From: Promethearchaeota archaeon
GTDB taxonomy: Archaea > Asgardarchaeota > Lokiarchaeia > Sigyniarchaeales > SOKP01
NCBI GenBank assembly: GCA_048938855.1
Contig: JBHLLT010000028.1
Coordinates: forward strand, 7,180 to 37,281
Length of the DNA: 30,102 nucleotides
Direction of reading: 5' to 3'
The notes below the pieces were generated by a model. That model was given only the letters and a program-made list of their open reading frames with translations, ran no database searches and was not told the origin of the DNA. Below are positions 1 to 9,270 of the stretch, in pieces. Both the position numbers and the translations under genes were made by a program. The first letter of the stretch is position 1; every line of letters begins with the position of its first letter.

Positions 1-866
1 CCCATAAAAGAATCTCCTGCACCTACTCTATCAACAATAGGAGTGATATCATATTGAGGTCCATTGTAAATTTTATTCCCATCGTATAGAATCGCAGACC
101 ATGTATTAAGACTTGCAGAAATTGATCCTCTAAGAGTTATTGCTACTTTTTTCAAGTTTGGATATTGGTTTTTTATTTCTTTAACAACATATTGATAATT
201 CTCAGCTTCAAGCGTCCCAGATGTAACATCTGTATCTGGAGCTTTTATATCTAATACTTTTTCTGCATCTTCTTCATTACCGATAGCAATATCACAATAT
301 TTTACTAATTCAGGCATTATCTCCCTTGGTTCTTTTCCATATTTCCAAAGTTTACTACGATAGTTTAGATCACATGATACTGTAATTTTTCTCTCTTTCG
401 CAGTTTTTACAGCTTCGAGGCAAATATCAGCCATAATCTGTGAAATTGCTGGAGTAATTCCTGTCCAATGAAACCAAGAGGCACCATCAAAAATCTGATT
501 CCAATTAAAGTCTTCAGGATTAGCTTCAGATATTGCGGAATGCGCTCTATCATATATGACTTTACTCGGTCGAACAGAAGACCCAATTTCAAGATAATAT
601 AGTCCCATTCTATCCCCTCCTCTGACAATATTATTTGTATTTACTCCATACTTTTGAAGGAATTGAATACAAGCGTCACCAATCTCATTTTTGGGTAATT
701 TGGTAATGTAATCAACAGGAATTCCATAATTAGCTAAAGATACGGCAACATTAGCCTCTCCACCACCATATATAACATCGAATGAATGAGTTTGAACAAA
801 TCGTTTAAAATTTGGTGGAGAAAGTCTTAACATAATTTCTCCAAAGGTAACAACTTTTTTATTCAT
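1..866 (-). CDS. kdgK: PfkB-family sugar kinase, likely 2-dehydro-3-deoxygluconokinase (3' end runs off the window)
   Basis: Absent from the ORF track. Hand translation from ATG at 866 gives MNKKVVTFGEIMLRLSPP...GGGEANVAVSLA, and the PfkB signature IVDRVGAGDSFMG lies at the window edge. An AGGAG RBS lies upstream. Confidence 0.88.
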   Translation of the reverse strand, partial: MNKKVVTFGEIMLRLSPPNFKRFVQTHSFDVIYGGGEANVAVSLANYGIPVDYITKLPKNEIGDACIQFLQKYGVNTNNIVRGGDRMGLYYLEIGSSVRPSKVIYDRAHSAISEANPEDFNWNQIFDGASWFHWTGITPAISQIMADICLEAVKTAKERKITVSCDLNYRSKLWKYGKEPREIMPELVKYCDIAIGNEEDAEKVLDIKAPDTDVTSGTLEAENYQYVVKEIKNQYPNLKKVAITLRGSISASLNTWSAILYDGNKIYNGPQYDITPIVDRVGAGDSFM

Positions 867-1008
867 AATTATTGCTCCTTTCATGGAAAGATCTCAAAGT
901 TAATGTGGTTTTTCTAAAGCTAAATATTATTTATTGATATCTTGAAATATATAAGCTTTTAATTTAAATTTATATATCAATTTGATGAATTTAAATGGAA
1001 AAGGGAAC

Positions 1009-2931
1009 TTAAAGCTTTCCTAGTATTTTAACACGATAAATTCCATCTTTCTTTATTTGGATGGAAATTAATTGCTCGTCTTCATTTTTCTTAAATTCTC
1101 CTTCAGAAAGCTCAATTTCATAACCATCAGGAAATTGAATCTTAGGAACATATATAATTGTAGGGGCTGAAATCGTAGAATCTCCATTAAATTCAAAATA
1201 AAATGTTTTCTCTTTGTAGTTAAACTCCATTTTTAATGGTATTCCGGCGCAACGACCGAAATGTGGACGACAAAATCCTTCGATTGCTCTTCCACCACTA
1301 TTAATATCCTTAGGATCTAACTGTTGATCTTTACTGAAAATTGAGAGATCTTCGAGATTCCATAGATCACCCCATTGATTATTATTGTCAGCAGTATAAT
1401 TCCATTGAGTTGAATTAAGTAAATTCGTATCTAAAGCATTATATATCATATGGAGAAGCTTTATATGATTTTCCCATGCTATTTCTGGATTAGTTTTAAG
1501 CTTTTCATAAGCCTCCCTCTTGTTCATATCAAATGGAATACCAAATTCTCCTATTAAAGTGGGAACTCCATTATGTATTGATTTTGATATACTTTTAATA
1601 TGGTTTAATTGTCGTATGAACATATCTTGTACATTTTTTTTCCCCATTATAATCTTATCTGCGGCCATGTCATAACTCGCTTTAATCATCGGTCTTTTTG
1701 TACCCACACTTGGATCGTACCAATGTGTTGCATTTACTACATTATCTGGAACGGAAATATATAGTTTTTCACCTCTTAGAATTCTTATTGGATGACTTCC
1801 AAAAAAGATTATAGATTCAGGAAAAACTTCTCGAACACTTTTTGTGTAATTAAAAACAAATGGTGAGAGGTAGTCTTCAAAGAAATTTATTGTATGTTCC
1901 TGTTTTTTAGTAAAATAATCATTCTTTAAAATTATGGGAATTCCATGTTCATCTAACCCCCAAACGCCTTCTTTTTTCCAGATATCATCAGCCTTTTCCA
2001 GCCAACAAGAAATTCTCTCTTTATTTAATTCATCCCTCCTTGTCTCTTTCACACCAAATCTTTTAAGCTCGTTATATCCCACTGTCCTAGTAAATCCCGA
2101 TCCAGTTAACATAGCGTCTATTGGTGAAAAAGTATATCCAAAATCTTCTGAAAGTTTTTCAGCTCCAATTCCATCAACTCGCTTTTCAATCCAACCTTGT
2201 TCAGGTTCATTTAAAACCTCAAATCCGATAACATAGGGATTTTCTTTCACTCTTTGAGCCACTTGTTTAATTGCATTGAAGAAATGTTGTTGTAAATAAT
2301 CTTGAATATTTACTCCATTAATACTACAGGATTGAGCAAAATCTTTTCCACCAAAAAATAATGTCCACATTGTTCCATTAGCAAATCTAACAGCATTACT
2401 GGTCCAATGCATTTCTGGATATGAATGTGGATTATCAGGTTTATATCTATACTGCATGACTAAAGCAGCATCAGAGGCATCAAACTTTTTAAAATCTAAA
2501 CCTACCTTCTCAAAAGTCCAACCAGGAGCACCATCTCCTCCAGTCATTCTACTCCAAACATCTTGATGAGGATCTATGAATGTATAAAATTTATAACTTT
2601 CGGATATTTTTAGAACCTCTTCAATATAATCTAAATACTCTTTGTCGTACTGGCGCGGGCCTTTATGCTCTATTGCTTCCCAAGTTATTAAGAATCTAAG
2701 ACAATTAAACCCCCAATGCTTTAATCGTGTAAAATGCTCCTCAGCATCTTTTAAGGGGAATGGTCTTCCAACAAAGGAAACATCTTTATGATCACTAAAA
2801 TCAGTTTTAATATGAGTTGCTCCATTAGGATTAAAGGGAACTTTACTACTCCCACCTAGGTTGACTCCTCTAAGTAATACTATACGTCCTTCTTCATCCA
2901 CAAACCAATCATTTTTAGTTTTTAACTTCAT
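1009..2931 (-). CDS. Glycoside hydrolase family 5, endoglycoceramidase-related/steryl-beta-glucosidase-like, with C-terminal beta-sandwich
   Basis: Motifs LRGVNLGG, HQDVWSR, catalytic NEP, HWY, nucleophile GEFG and WNYT. No signal peptide. Confidence 0.85.
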   Translation of the reverse strand: MKLKTKNDWFVDEEGRIVLLRGVNLGGSSKVPFNPNGATHIKTDFSDHKDVSFVGRPFPLKDAEEHFTRLKHWGFNCLRFLITWEAIEHKGPRQYDKEYLDYIEEVLKISESYKFYTFIDPHQDVWSRMTGGDGAPGWTFEKVGLDFKKFDASDAALVMQYRYKPDNPHSYPEMHWTSNAVRFANGTMWTLFFGGKDFAQSCSINGVNIQDYLQQHFFNAIKQVAQRVKENPYVIGFEVLNEPEQGWIEKRVDGIGAEKLSEDFGYTFSPIDAMLTGSGFTRTVGYNELKRFGVKETRRDELNKERISCWLEKADDIWKKEGVWGLDEHGIPIILKNDYFTKKQEHTINFFEDYLSPFVFNYTKSVREVFPESIIFFGSHPIRILRGEKLYISVPDNVVNATHWYDPSVGTKRPMIKASYDMAADKIIMGKKNVQDMFIRQLNHIKSISKSIHNGVPTLIGEFGIPFDMNKREAYEKLKTNPEIAWENHIKLLHMIYNALDTNLLNSTQWNYTADNNNQWGDLWNLEDLSIFSKDQQLDPKDINSGGRAIEGFCRPHFGRCAGIPLKMEFNYKEKTFYFEFNGDSTISAPTIIYVPKIQFPDGYEIELSEGEFKKNEDEQLISIQIKKDGIYRVKILGKL

Positions 2932-3033
2932 TTATTTCACAAAAAAATTAATTTTCGAGAGTTACACTTTCTAATTAATTTTAATAATAATTTTTATTTT
3001 TTAATTTTAAAGGATTTATTATATTCCAAAAGA

Positions 3034-4638
3034 GTGAGTGATATTCAAAAAATTAACGTCATTCCTAAACCTGTTTCTTGGAACTTTAATTCGGGAGAGT
3101 TTACTTTAACAGAAGGAATTAGAATATATGCAGATGACGGTCTCTCGAAACTGGGTCTTTATTTAAAGAATTTTCTTCACTCTGCCACTGGATTTAATTT
3201 AACTGTTAAAGAAACAAATGAAAAATCTCACGTTGAACCTGCCATAATCCTTAAATTGACAAACAACAGAAAAAATCTAAATTATGAAGGTTATTCAATT
3301 GATATTAATACTAAAGAGATCAATATTACTGCGCCTTATGTTATAGGGATTTTCTATGGAATACAGACATTAAGACAACTTCTTCCTCCCGAAATAGAAA
3401 ACAGTGCTAAAATTAAAAATTTTGAATGGCGGATTCCCTGCCTTGAGTTGATAGATTTTCCACGATTTTCTTGGCGTGGATATATGCTTGACGAAGCACG
3501 ACATTTTCATGGAGTCAAAATTGTTAAAAAACTCTTAGATCTATTGGCTTTATTAAAATTAAACAAATTTCATTGGCACTTGACAGATGATCAGGGATGG
3601 AGGATTGAAATAAAGAAATATCCTAACCTTACTGATATAGGTTCAAAGAGAGAAGAAACACAAATTGGTTGTCGTTTTAGCAAAAAACGAGATGGAGTGC
3701 CTCATTCAGGATTTTACACTCAAGAGGATATTCAAAAGATTGTTAATTATGCGAATGAGAGATTTATTCAAATAATACCTGAAATTGATACTCCAGGTCA
3801 TATACGAGCTGCCTTAGCTTCATATCCCTATTTAAGTTGTAAGGGTTACCCTTTCAAGGTTTCTACACATTGGGGTTTTCACAAAGATGTATTATGTGTA
3901 GGGAAAGAAGAAGTATTCGAATTTATTGAAAATGTTCTAAAAGAATTGATAGATATTTTTCCTTCCAAAATTTTTCACCTAGGTGGGGATGAAGTACTTA
4001 AAAATAGATGGAAGGAGTGTTCAGATTGTCAAAAACGAATAGAAATTGAAGGTTTAGGGAATGAAAAAGACTTACAAACCTATTTTATTAGTAGAATAAC
4101 AGCATATTTGAATTCATTAAACAGAGAAGTTATATGTTGGAATGATGTTTTAGACGATAATTTAACCAAGAAAATTATTTGTCAATATTGGATTAGAAAT
4201 AAGAAAAAGGTTTTTGAGCATATGTTAAAAGGAGGAGATGTAATTATGACGAATTTTAAATATACTTATTTAGATCATTCTTATTCTTTCACACCACTTA
4301 AAATGGCTTATAAATTTGAACCTATTCCTAAAAATTTAGACGAACAATATCATAATCACATATTAGGATTAGAAGCTCCAATGTGGGGAGAATATATACC
4401 AAATGTTCAACGTTTGGAATGGCAAACATTTCCTCGCCTTGTAGCATTTGCAGAGATCGGATGGACACCGAAAAGTAAGAAAAATTATAGCTCATTTCAA
4501 TCTAGATTAAAATTTTTCACTAAGAGACTGGATATTCTTGGAGTTAATTATGCCAATCTCAAAAAAGTCAATCCAAACATTTTAAAACGATTATTTAAAG
4601 TCTTTACATTGTTTACAGAAGAAAAAGGCGGAATATAA
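3034..4638 (+). CDS. Beta-N-acetylhexosaminidase (GH20)
   Basis: Motifs DFPRFSWRGYMLDEARHF, HWHLTDDQGWR, PEIDTPGH and catalytic HLGGDE, plus an N-terminal GH20b domain. Confidence 0.93.
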   Translation: MSDIQKINVIPKPVSWNFNSGEFTLTEGIRIYADDGLSKLGLYLKNFLHSATGFNLTVKETNEKSHVEPAIILKLTNNRKNLNYEGYSIDINTKEINITAPYVIGIFYGIQTLRQLLPPEIENSAKIKNFEWRIPCLELIDFPRFSWRGYMLDEARHFHGVKIVKKLLDLLALLKLNKFHWHLTDDQGWRIEIKKYPNLTDIGSKREETQIGCRFSKKRDGVPHSGFYTQEDIQKIVNYANERFIQIIPEIDTPGHIRAALASYPYLSCKGYPFKVSTHWGFHKDVLCVGKEEVFEFIENVLKELIDIFPSKIFHLGGDEVLKNRWKECSDCQKRIEIEGLGNEKDLQTYFISRITAYLNSLNREVICWNDVLDDNLTKKIICQYWIRNKKKVFEHMLKGGDVIMTNFKYTYLDHSYSFTPLKMAYKFEPIPKNLDEQYHNHILGLEAPMWGEYIPNVQRLEWQTFPRLVAFAEIGWTPKSKKNYSSFQSRLKFFTKRLDILGVNYANLKKVNPNILKRLFKVFTLFTEEKGGI

Positions 4639-4760
4639 GAGAATCTTAAATTAAGTGTAGTTATTGAGTGGTTATAATTTATGAATTATTTACATAATCT
4701 TGAATTATTCTAGTTTTTATAAGGGTAAGAAATAACTTCATAATTTGAGTGTTGAATATT

Positions 4761-5621
4761 ATGGACAAAATTAGAAAAATTAAAGTTACTTTAAAAAGCA
4801 GACCAACCTTTGAAGGTGCTGGAGTTAGGTTAAAAAGAGCATTTGGGTATGCTGATGATTCATTAGATCCTTTTTTACTTCTTGATGATTTTCATTCAGA
4901 TAATCCCAGAGATTATATGGCAGGATTCCCATGGCATCCTCATCGTGGTATTGAAACTATTACATATATGTTACATGGAAAAGTCGAACATGGTGATAGT
5001 ATGGGCAATGGGGGTGTTATTGAAGCTGGTGATGTTCAGTGGATGACAGCAGGTTCTGGGATAATACATCAGGAAATGCCAAAGAAAGAAAATCACGACA
5101 CATTGCTTTGGGGATTTCAACTTTGGGCAAATCTACCAGCTTCACATAAAATGATGGATCCAAGGTATCGAGATATAAAAAGTTCTCAAATCCCTGAAAT
5201 TTCTCTAAATGATAATAAAGTCAATGTTAAGATAATTTCTGGAGAAATAAATGGAATTAGGGGCCCAATTCAAGATATAATTACAGATCCTGAATATTTG
5301 GATGTAAAAATTAGTCCACAATCTGAATTTCTTCATACTATAAGAGAAGGATACAATGTCATTGCATATACTATTGAAGGAGAAGGGTATTTTGATGAGG
5401 ATAAAAAAGAACTGGTAAAGGGAGAAACTTTAGTAATATACAGGGATGGTGACACAGTTAAGATAAGCACTGCAGATAGTGGCATACGATTTTTATTAAT
5501 ATCCGGTAAACCCTTAAAAGAACATGTAGCTTGGCGCGGACCAATTGTAATGAATTCCGATGAAGAATTAAGGGTTGCTTTTGAAGAGTATCAAAACGGT
5601 ACATTCATTAAACATAATTAA
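4761..5621 (+). CDS. Pirin family protein
   Basis: Motifs DPFLLLD, GFPWHPHRGIETITY, QWMTAGSGIIHQE and GPIVMN. ATG at 4761 is preferred over GTG at 4749. Confidence 0.93.
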   Translation: MDKIRKIKVTLKSRPTFEGAGVRLKRAFGYADDSLDPFLLLDDFHSDNPRDYMAGFPWHPHRGIETITYMLHGKVEHGDSMGNGGVIEAGDVQWMTAGSGIIHQEMPKKENHDTLLWGFQLWANLPASHKMMDPRYRDIKSSQIPEISLNDNKVNVKIISGEINGIRGPIQDIITDPEYLDVKISPQSEFLHTIREGYNVIAYTIEGEGYFDEDKKELVKGETLVIYRDGDTVKISTADSGIRFLLISGKPLKEHVAWRGPIVMNSDEELRVAFEEYQNGTFIKHN

Positions 5622-5768
5622 AACCTGATTTATAAAATAACTTTTTGTAAGTATAAGTATTGGGAGAAAAATCGAGAGCGTATTTTGGAAAATATTAAAA
5701 ATTTATAAGTTTTTTATTCTTTTTTTAAAAGAGTCTCTAAGTTATTCTAATTGAATTGGTGAATAATA

Positions 5769-6626
5769 ATCTCTAGAAATGATTTTAAGATTTTTGATGC
5801 ACATCTTCACACTTACGGAATTTTCCTTGATCCTTTTGAAGACATCATAAGCTATATGGATCATTATAATGTAGAAAAAGCCATAATAACAACAATTAAT
5901 AGGGCAAAATATCACCAAAAACAAAAAGAATATGCTTCAAAGATTGATGGAAGAGACAATTTTAATACTTATTTAGATGATTTTAAGAGTTTAATGCCAA
6001 AAGGACAATTATCTCATAAGGATGTTATTGAATTAGCAAAAAAATCACCAGAGAGATTTTATAAATTCTTCTGGTTCAATCCTAAGTTAAATCTAGAAGA
6101 AGAAGAAGAAAATTATAAGATTTTAGAAGACCATTTTAAAAAGGGATTTATAGGTGTTAAAATTCATGGCAGTTTTAACTTTTTTAAATTTCCAGAGGAA
6201 ATTTTTAAGTTAGTAACTTTCATGCAAAATTATGATAAAGAGTTTATACTTTTTATTCATTCTCATCCAAAAACAAGGTTTCATGATGGGTCTGAGCCGC
6301 AAGATATTGCAAAATTAGCAAAAAGATTCCCAGAATTAAAGATTATTGTTGGACATGCCGCTTATTGCATGGAATATGCTGTTCTGATTTCTGTAATCCT
6401 AAAAAAATTTGATAATATTTACTTTGAAACAAGTTGTTCTGCTTCATTAGGTATATATAATCTTATTAAAACAATAGGTCATAAGAAAATAATTTTTGGT
6501 TCCGATTCACCAACGACATCTACACTACCGATTGAAATTGAAAAGATTCTTTCGATTCCGAGAATATCAAATGACATAAAACAAAACATTTTCTATAATA
6601 ATGTATCAGACTTACTGAAATTATAA
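5769..6626 (+). CDS. Amidohydrolase-family (Amidohydro_2-like) metal-dependent hydrolase with a probable non-AUG start
   Basis: Motifs GVKIH, FIHS, IIVGHA, YFETS and IIFGSDSP. The N-terminal IFDAHLH metal motif lies in frame upstream of the track's ATG at 5856, bounded by an in-frame TGA at 5760. Confidence 0.85.
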   Translation: MSRNDFKIFDAHLHTYGIFLDPFEDIISYMDHYNVEKAIITTINRAKYHQKQKEYASKIDGRDNFNTYLDDFKSLMPKGQLSHKDVIELAKKSPERFYKFFWFNPKLNLEEEEENYKILEDHFKKGFIGVKIHGSFNFFKFPEEIFKLVTFMQNYDKEFILFIHSHPKTRFHDGSEPQDIAKLAKRFPELKIIVGHAAYCMEYAVLISVILKKFDNIYFETSCSASLGIYNLIKTIGHKKIIFGSDSPTTSTLPIEIEKILSIPRISNDIKQNIFYNNVSDLLKL

Positions 6627-6872
6627 ATTTCTTGGAAAAAAACACCAATTTTAGGTTTTATATTCCATTCTTAAATTGTTATCTATTTTATTCTGTTTAT
6701 CATATTTGTATGTAATTAGGTTATTAATGTGATAATTTATTATTTACTTATTATTAAAATCTGAAATAAAATCTTCATTCTCCTTTTTTATTTTCATTTT
6801 AATAATAAACCAATTAAAAGACAAATCCTATCTTATTATAATTAAGAAATTTAAATATTTTATGTGGATTAA

Positions 6873-7445
6873 GTGAGTTATTTAAGGGACAATAAAGTCT
6901 GGGAAGAAGAAGATAATATAAATTGGGATGTTGTAAAAATTTCGAAAGTTGACGACAAAATTATACGAAGACTAATAAATAACCTTAATTTACACAGCCC
7001 TATTTTATCACAAAACTTTTTTATATCTTTTGAAAGTTTGTTAAAACTGGGAAAAAAGATAGAACCTGTTCTCAATACTTATATTAAGGAGACTACTGAA
7101 ATTCATAATTTTAAAGTCGATATCTTTAATTTCATCCTCGACTTTGTAAAGAACAATACTCTTAAGTATGTTTTAGTACCTCAATTATATCATCCAGATT
7201 TTGTCACAAGAGCTCGGACTATACTAAAACTTGAATTGGGATGTGATATGAATTATCTCAAATTTATATTACCTCTTTTGAATGATCCTGACGACTCTGT
7301 TCGTTGGGCTGTCATTCGGTTTTTAAACGCTCATATTCACCTTATAAAAAATCCAATAGTCAATAAGGAGTTAAAATGTCATATTCAGAAGGAATTGAAT
7401 CCAGTAATTAAGGAGAAAATGAAGGACTTGTTTAAAAAAATGTGA
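6873..7445 (+). CDS. HEAT-repeat-containing hypothetical protein
   Basis: HEAT-like segments LYHPDFVTRART and LLNDPDDSVRWAV. Confidence 0.65.
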   Translation: MSYLRDNKVWEEEDNINWDVVKISKVDDKIIRRLINNLNLHSPILSQNFFISFESLLKLGKKIEPVLNTYIKETTEIHNFKVDIFNFILDFVKNNTLKYVLVPQLYHPDFVTRARTILKLELGCDMNYLKFILPLLNDPDDSVRWAVIRFLNAHIHLIKNPIVNKELKCHIQKELNPVIKEKMKDLFKKM

Positions 7446-7736
7446 GATGTTACTCGCTTTTAATTTTCTATTTTTTTTCAAATAGACTATTTAAAAATTT
7501 AAATTTTTCAAAAATATAGTTAAAGTATATTGAGAGAAAAAGATCTATTCGTTTATAAGAATCATAATATGTATGTACTTAAAATAAAAACAATAAAATT
7601 TCAAATTACATTTAAAAAGGTTGGAAATCATTAAGATAATAAGTTAAGAGTTATAATAATATAAATACTAAAAGTGATTAATTTACCTAATAGTTCAAGG
7701 TTTAATTAATAATTAAATTAAAAGTGTGTTAAGACT

Positions 7737-8270
7737 ATGTGTGCCAGTTATCACTTTACATTCAAGATTTTACTTTTAGGGGATGCTAGTGTCGGAAAAA
7801 CATCATTTACTAAAAGATATTGTTACAATATCTTTAATCCAAGTGAAAGACTCACAATTGGAGTTGACTTTCATGTCAAAACAATTGAATTAAATGGAAA
7901 GCGAATAAAATTACAATTATGGGATGTTGGAGGAGAAGAACGTTTCAGGTTTTTACTACCCACTTACTGTTTAGGCGCAAATGCTGCTTTCCTACTCTAT
8001 GATATTACTAGGCCTTCCACATTAGATAATATATCTGAATGGATAACAATTGTCAGGCAAAAAGGTGGACAAATACCAATTATGCTTGTAGGTTCAAAAT
8101 TAGACCTTGAAAGATCTCAAAGACAAATTCAAAGAGAATATGGAATACAAATTGCCGAAAAAAACGATATGGCTAGTTTTGTTGAAATTTCAGCAAAGGA
8201 AAATATCAATGTGGATAATGCTTTTAGAGTTCTTACTGAAATAACATTAGAAAAAACTGGCAACAGGTGA
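7737..8270 (+). CDS. Rab-like small GTPase (Ras superfamily)
   Basis: G1 GDASVGKT, G2 TIGVDF, G3 WDVGGE, variant G4 GSKLD and G5 SAK. No C-terminal prenylation cysteines. Confidence 0.93.
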   Translation: MCASYHFTFKILLLGDASVGKTSFTKRYCYNIFNPSERLTIGVDFHVKTIELNGKRIKLQLWDVGGEERFRFLLPTYCLGANAAFLLYDITRPSTLDNISEWITIVRQKGGQIPIMLVGSKLDLERSQRQIQREYGIQIAEKNDMASFVEISAKENINVDNAFRVLTEITLEKTGNR

Positions 8271-8274
8271 TGTA

Positions 8275-9237
8275 ATGGAAGAAACCGAATATTTGCCTCT
8301 CAGCCAATTATTTGATTCAATTGGCATCATTGAAAAAGGTATTGAAAGGATTTACCATTATCTCCTAGTGAATAAAAGAATTGATAATCTTAAGGAAGTT
8401 TGCGATCAATTTGGTCTCTCATTAAAAAGAGGTTATAAAATTTGCTCAGTTTTAAGTGATCTAGGTCTAGTCCAGATTTATGACAGACCAATGAAAATTC
8501 ATATAGCGAACCCAATAATGACTTTATGGCAAAATTTAATTAATAAACGAATTGAAGATCTTAAAAACGAATTTCAAGAAAAAAGTGAGAAATGTGAAGC
8601 TGCCATTGAAAGTTTCACAAGAAAATACAAAATGGACGAGGAGGTGATTCAAGAACCAGTTGAATTTATCAATTACAATATTAAGAATTTTGATGAATCT
8701 TATCACTCATTCTTAGCTCAAAGTGAAAGTAAAATTGCAATTGGCATTAGATATGATAATCCATTGATTGCATTAATAAAACAACATGGTTTTAATAAGA
8801 TACCTGATGAAATGAGCGAATCTATGAAAACAGGAATAGTTAGAATTAAAGATAATTTAAAAAATATCACTGTTCAAGTTATTTTTCATTCTGATGTTGT
8901 TAAGGAGCTTTTAAATAGTCATGAATTTGAACAACTTACTAAAAATATCGAAATTTTTAATTTGGAGTTTAAAAGTATTTTAATTCGTGTCACTGATGAA
9001 AATTTCAGTAATTTCAGTCTAACTGACAATGAAATAATTCAACCCAGCTTTGATCCCGCATTTGAGCTGATAGGAGTATATATTTCAAGAAATAAAAGTA
9101 TATATCAAATCTTTAATGATAAATTTAATCAAATATTTAAAAGTGGGATACCTCTTAAACAATTCTTATCGGATGATGATGAAATTAAAATAGAATCTCT
9201 TTCTGACACTCAGCAATTTGTTTTATGTATTATGTAA
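8275..9237 (+). CDS. TrmB-like transcriptional regulator (N-terminal HTH, coiled coil, C-terminal effector domain)
   Basis: HTH-like segment IYHYLL...LKEVCDQFGLSLKRGYKICSVLSDLGLV followed by a coiled coil, as in TrmB proteins. It starts 4 nt after the GTPase stop. Confidence 0.6.
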   Translation: MEETEYLPLSQLFDSIGIIEKGIERIYHYLLVNKRIDNLKEVCDQFGLSLKRGYKICSVLSDLGLVQIYDRPMKIHIANPIMTLWQNLINKRIEDLKNEFQEKSEKCEAAIESFTRKYKMDEEVIQEPVEFINYNIKNFDESYHSFLAQSESKIAIGIRYDNPLIALIKQHGFNKIPDEMSESMKTGIVRIKDNLKNITVQVIFHSDVVKELLNSHEFEQLTKNIEIFNLEFKSILIRVTDENFSNFSLTDNEIIQPSFDPAFELIGVYISRNKSIYQIFNDKFNQIFKSGIPLKQFLSDDDEIKIESLSDTQQFVLCIM

Positions 9238-9270
9238 TATAAAAATTAGAAAAATAAAAGATTGTAATTA

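Noticed and set aside
407-628. 73-aa ORF in the track
   Set aside because: Alternative frame inside the kdgK-like gene.
1934-2236. Antisense ORFs (also 5742-5924, 6878-7075, 9218-9442, 11576-11779, 12360-12590, 14345-14692, 24891-25133, 26629-26811)
   Set aside because: Shadows opposite well-supported genes, with no recognisable motifs.
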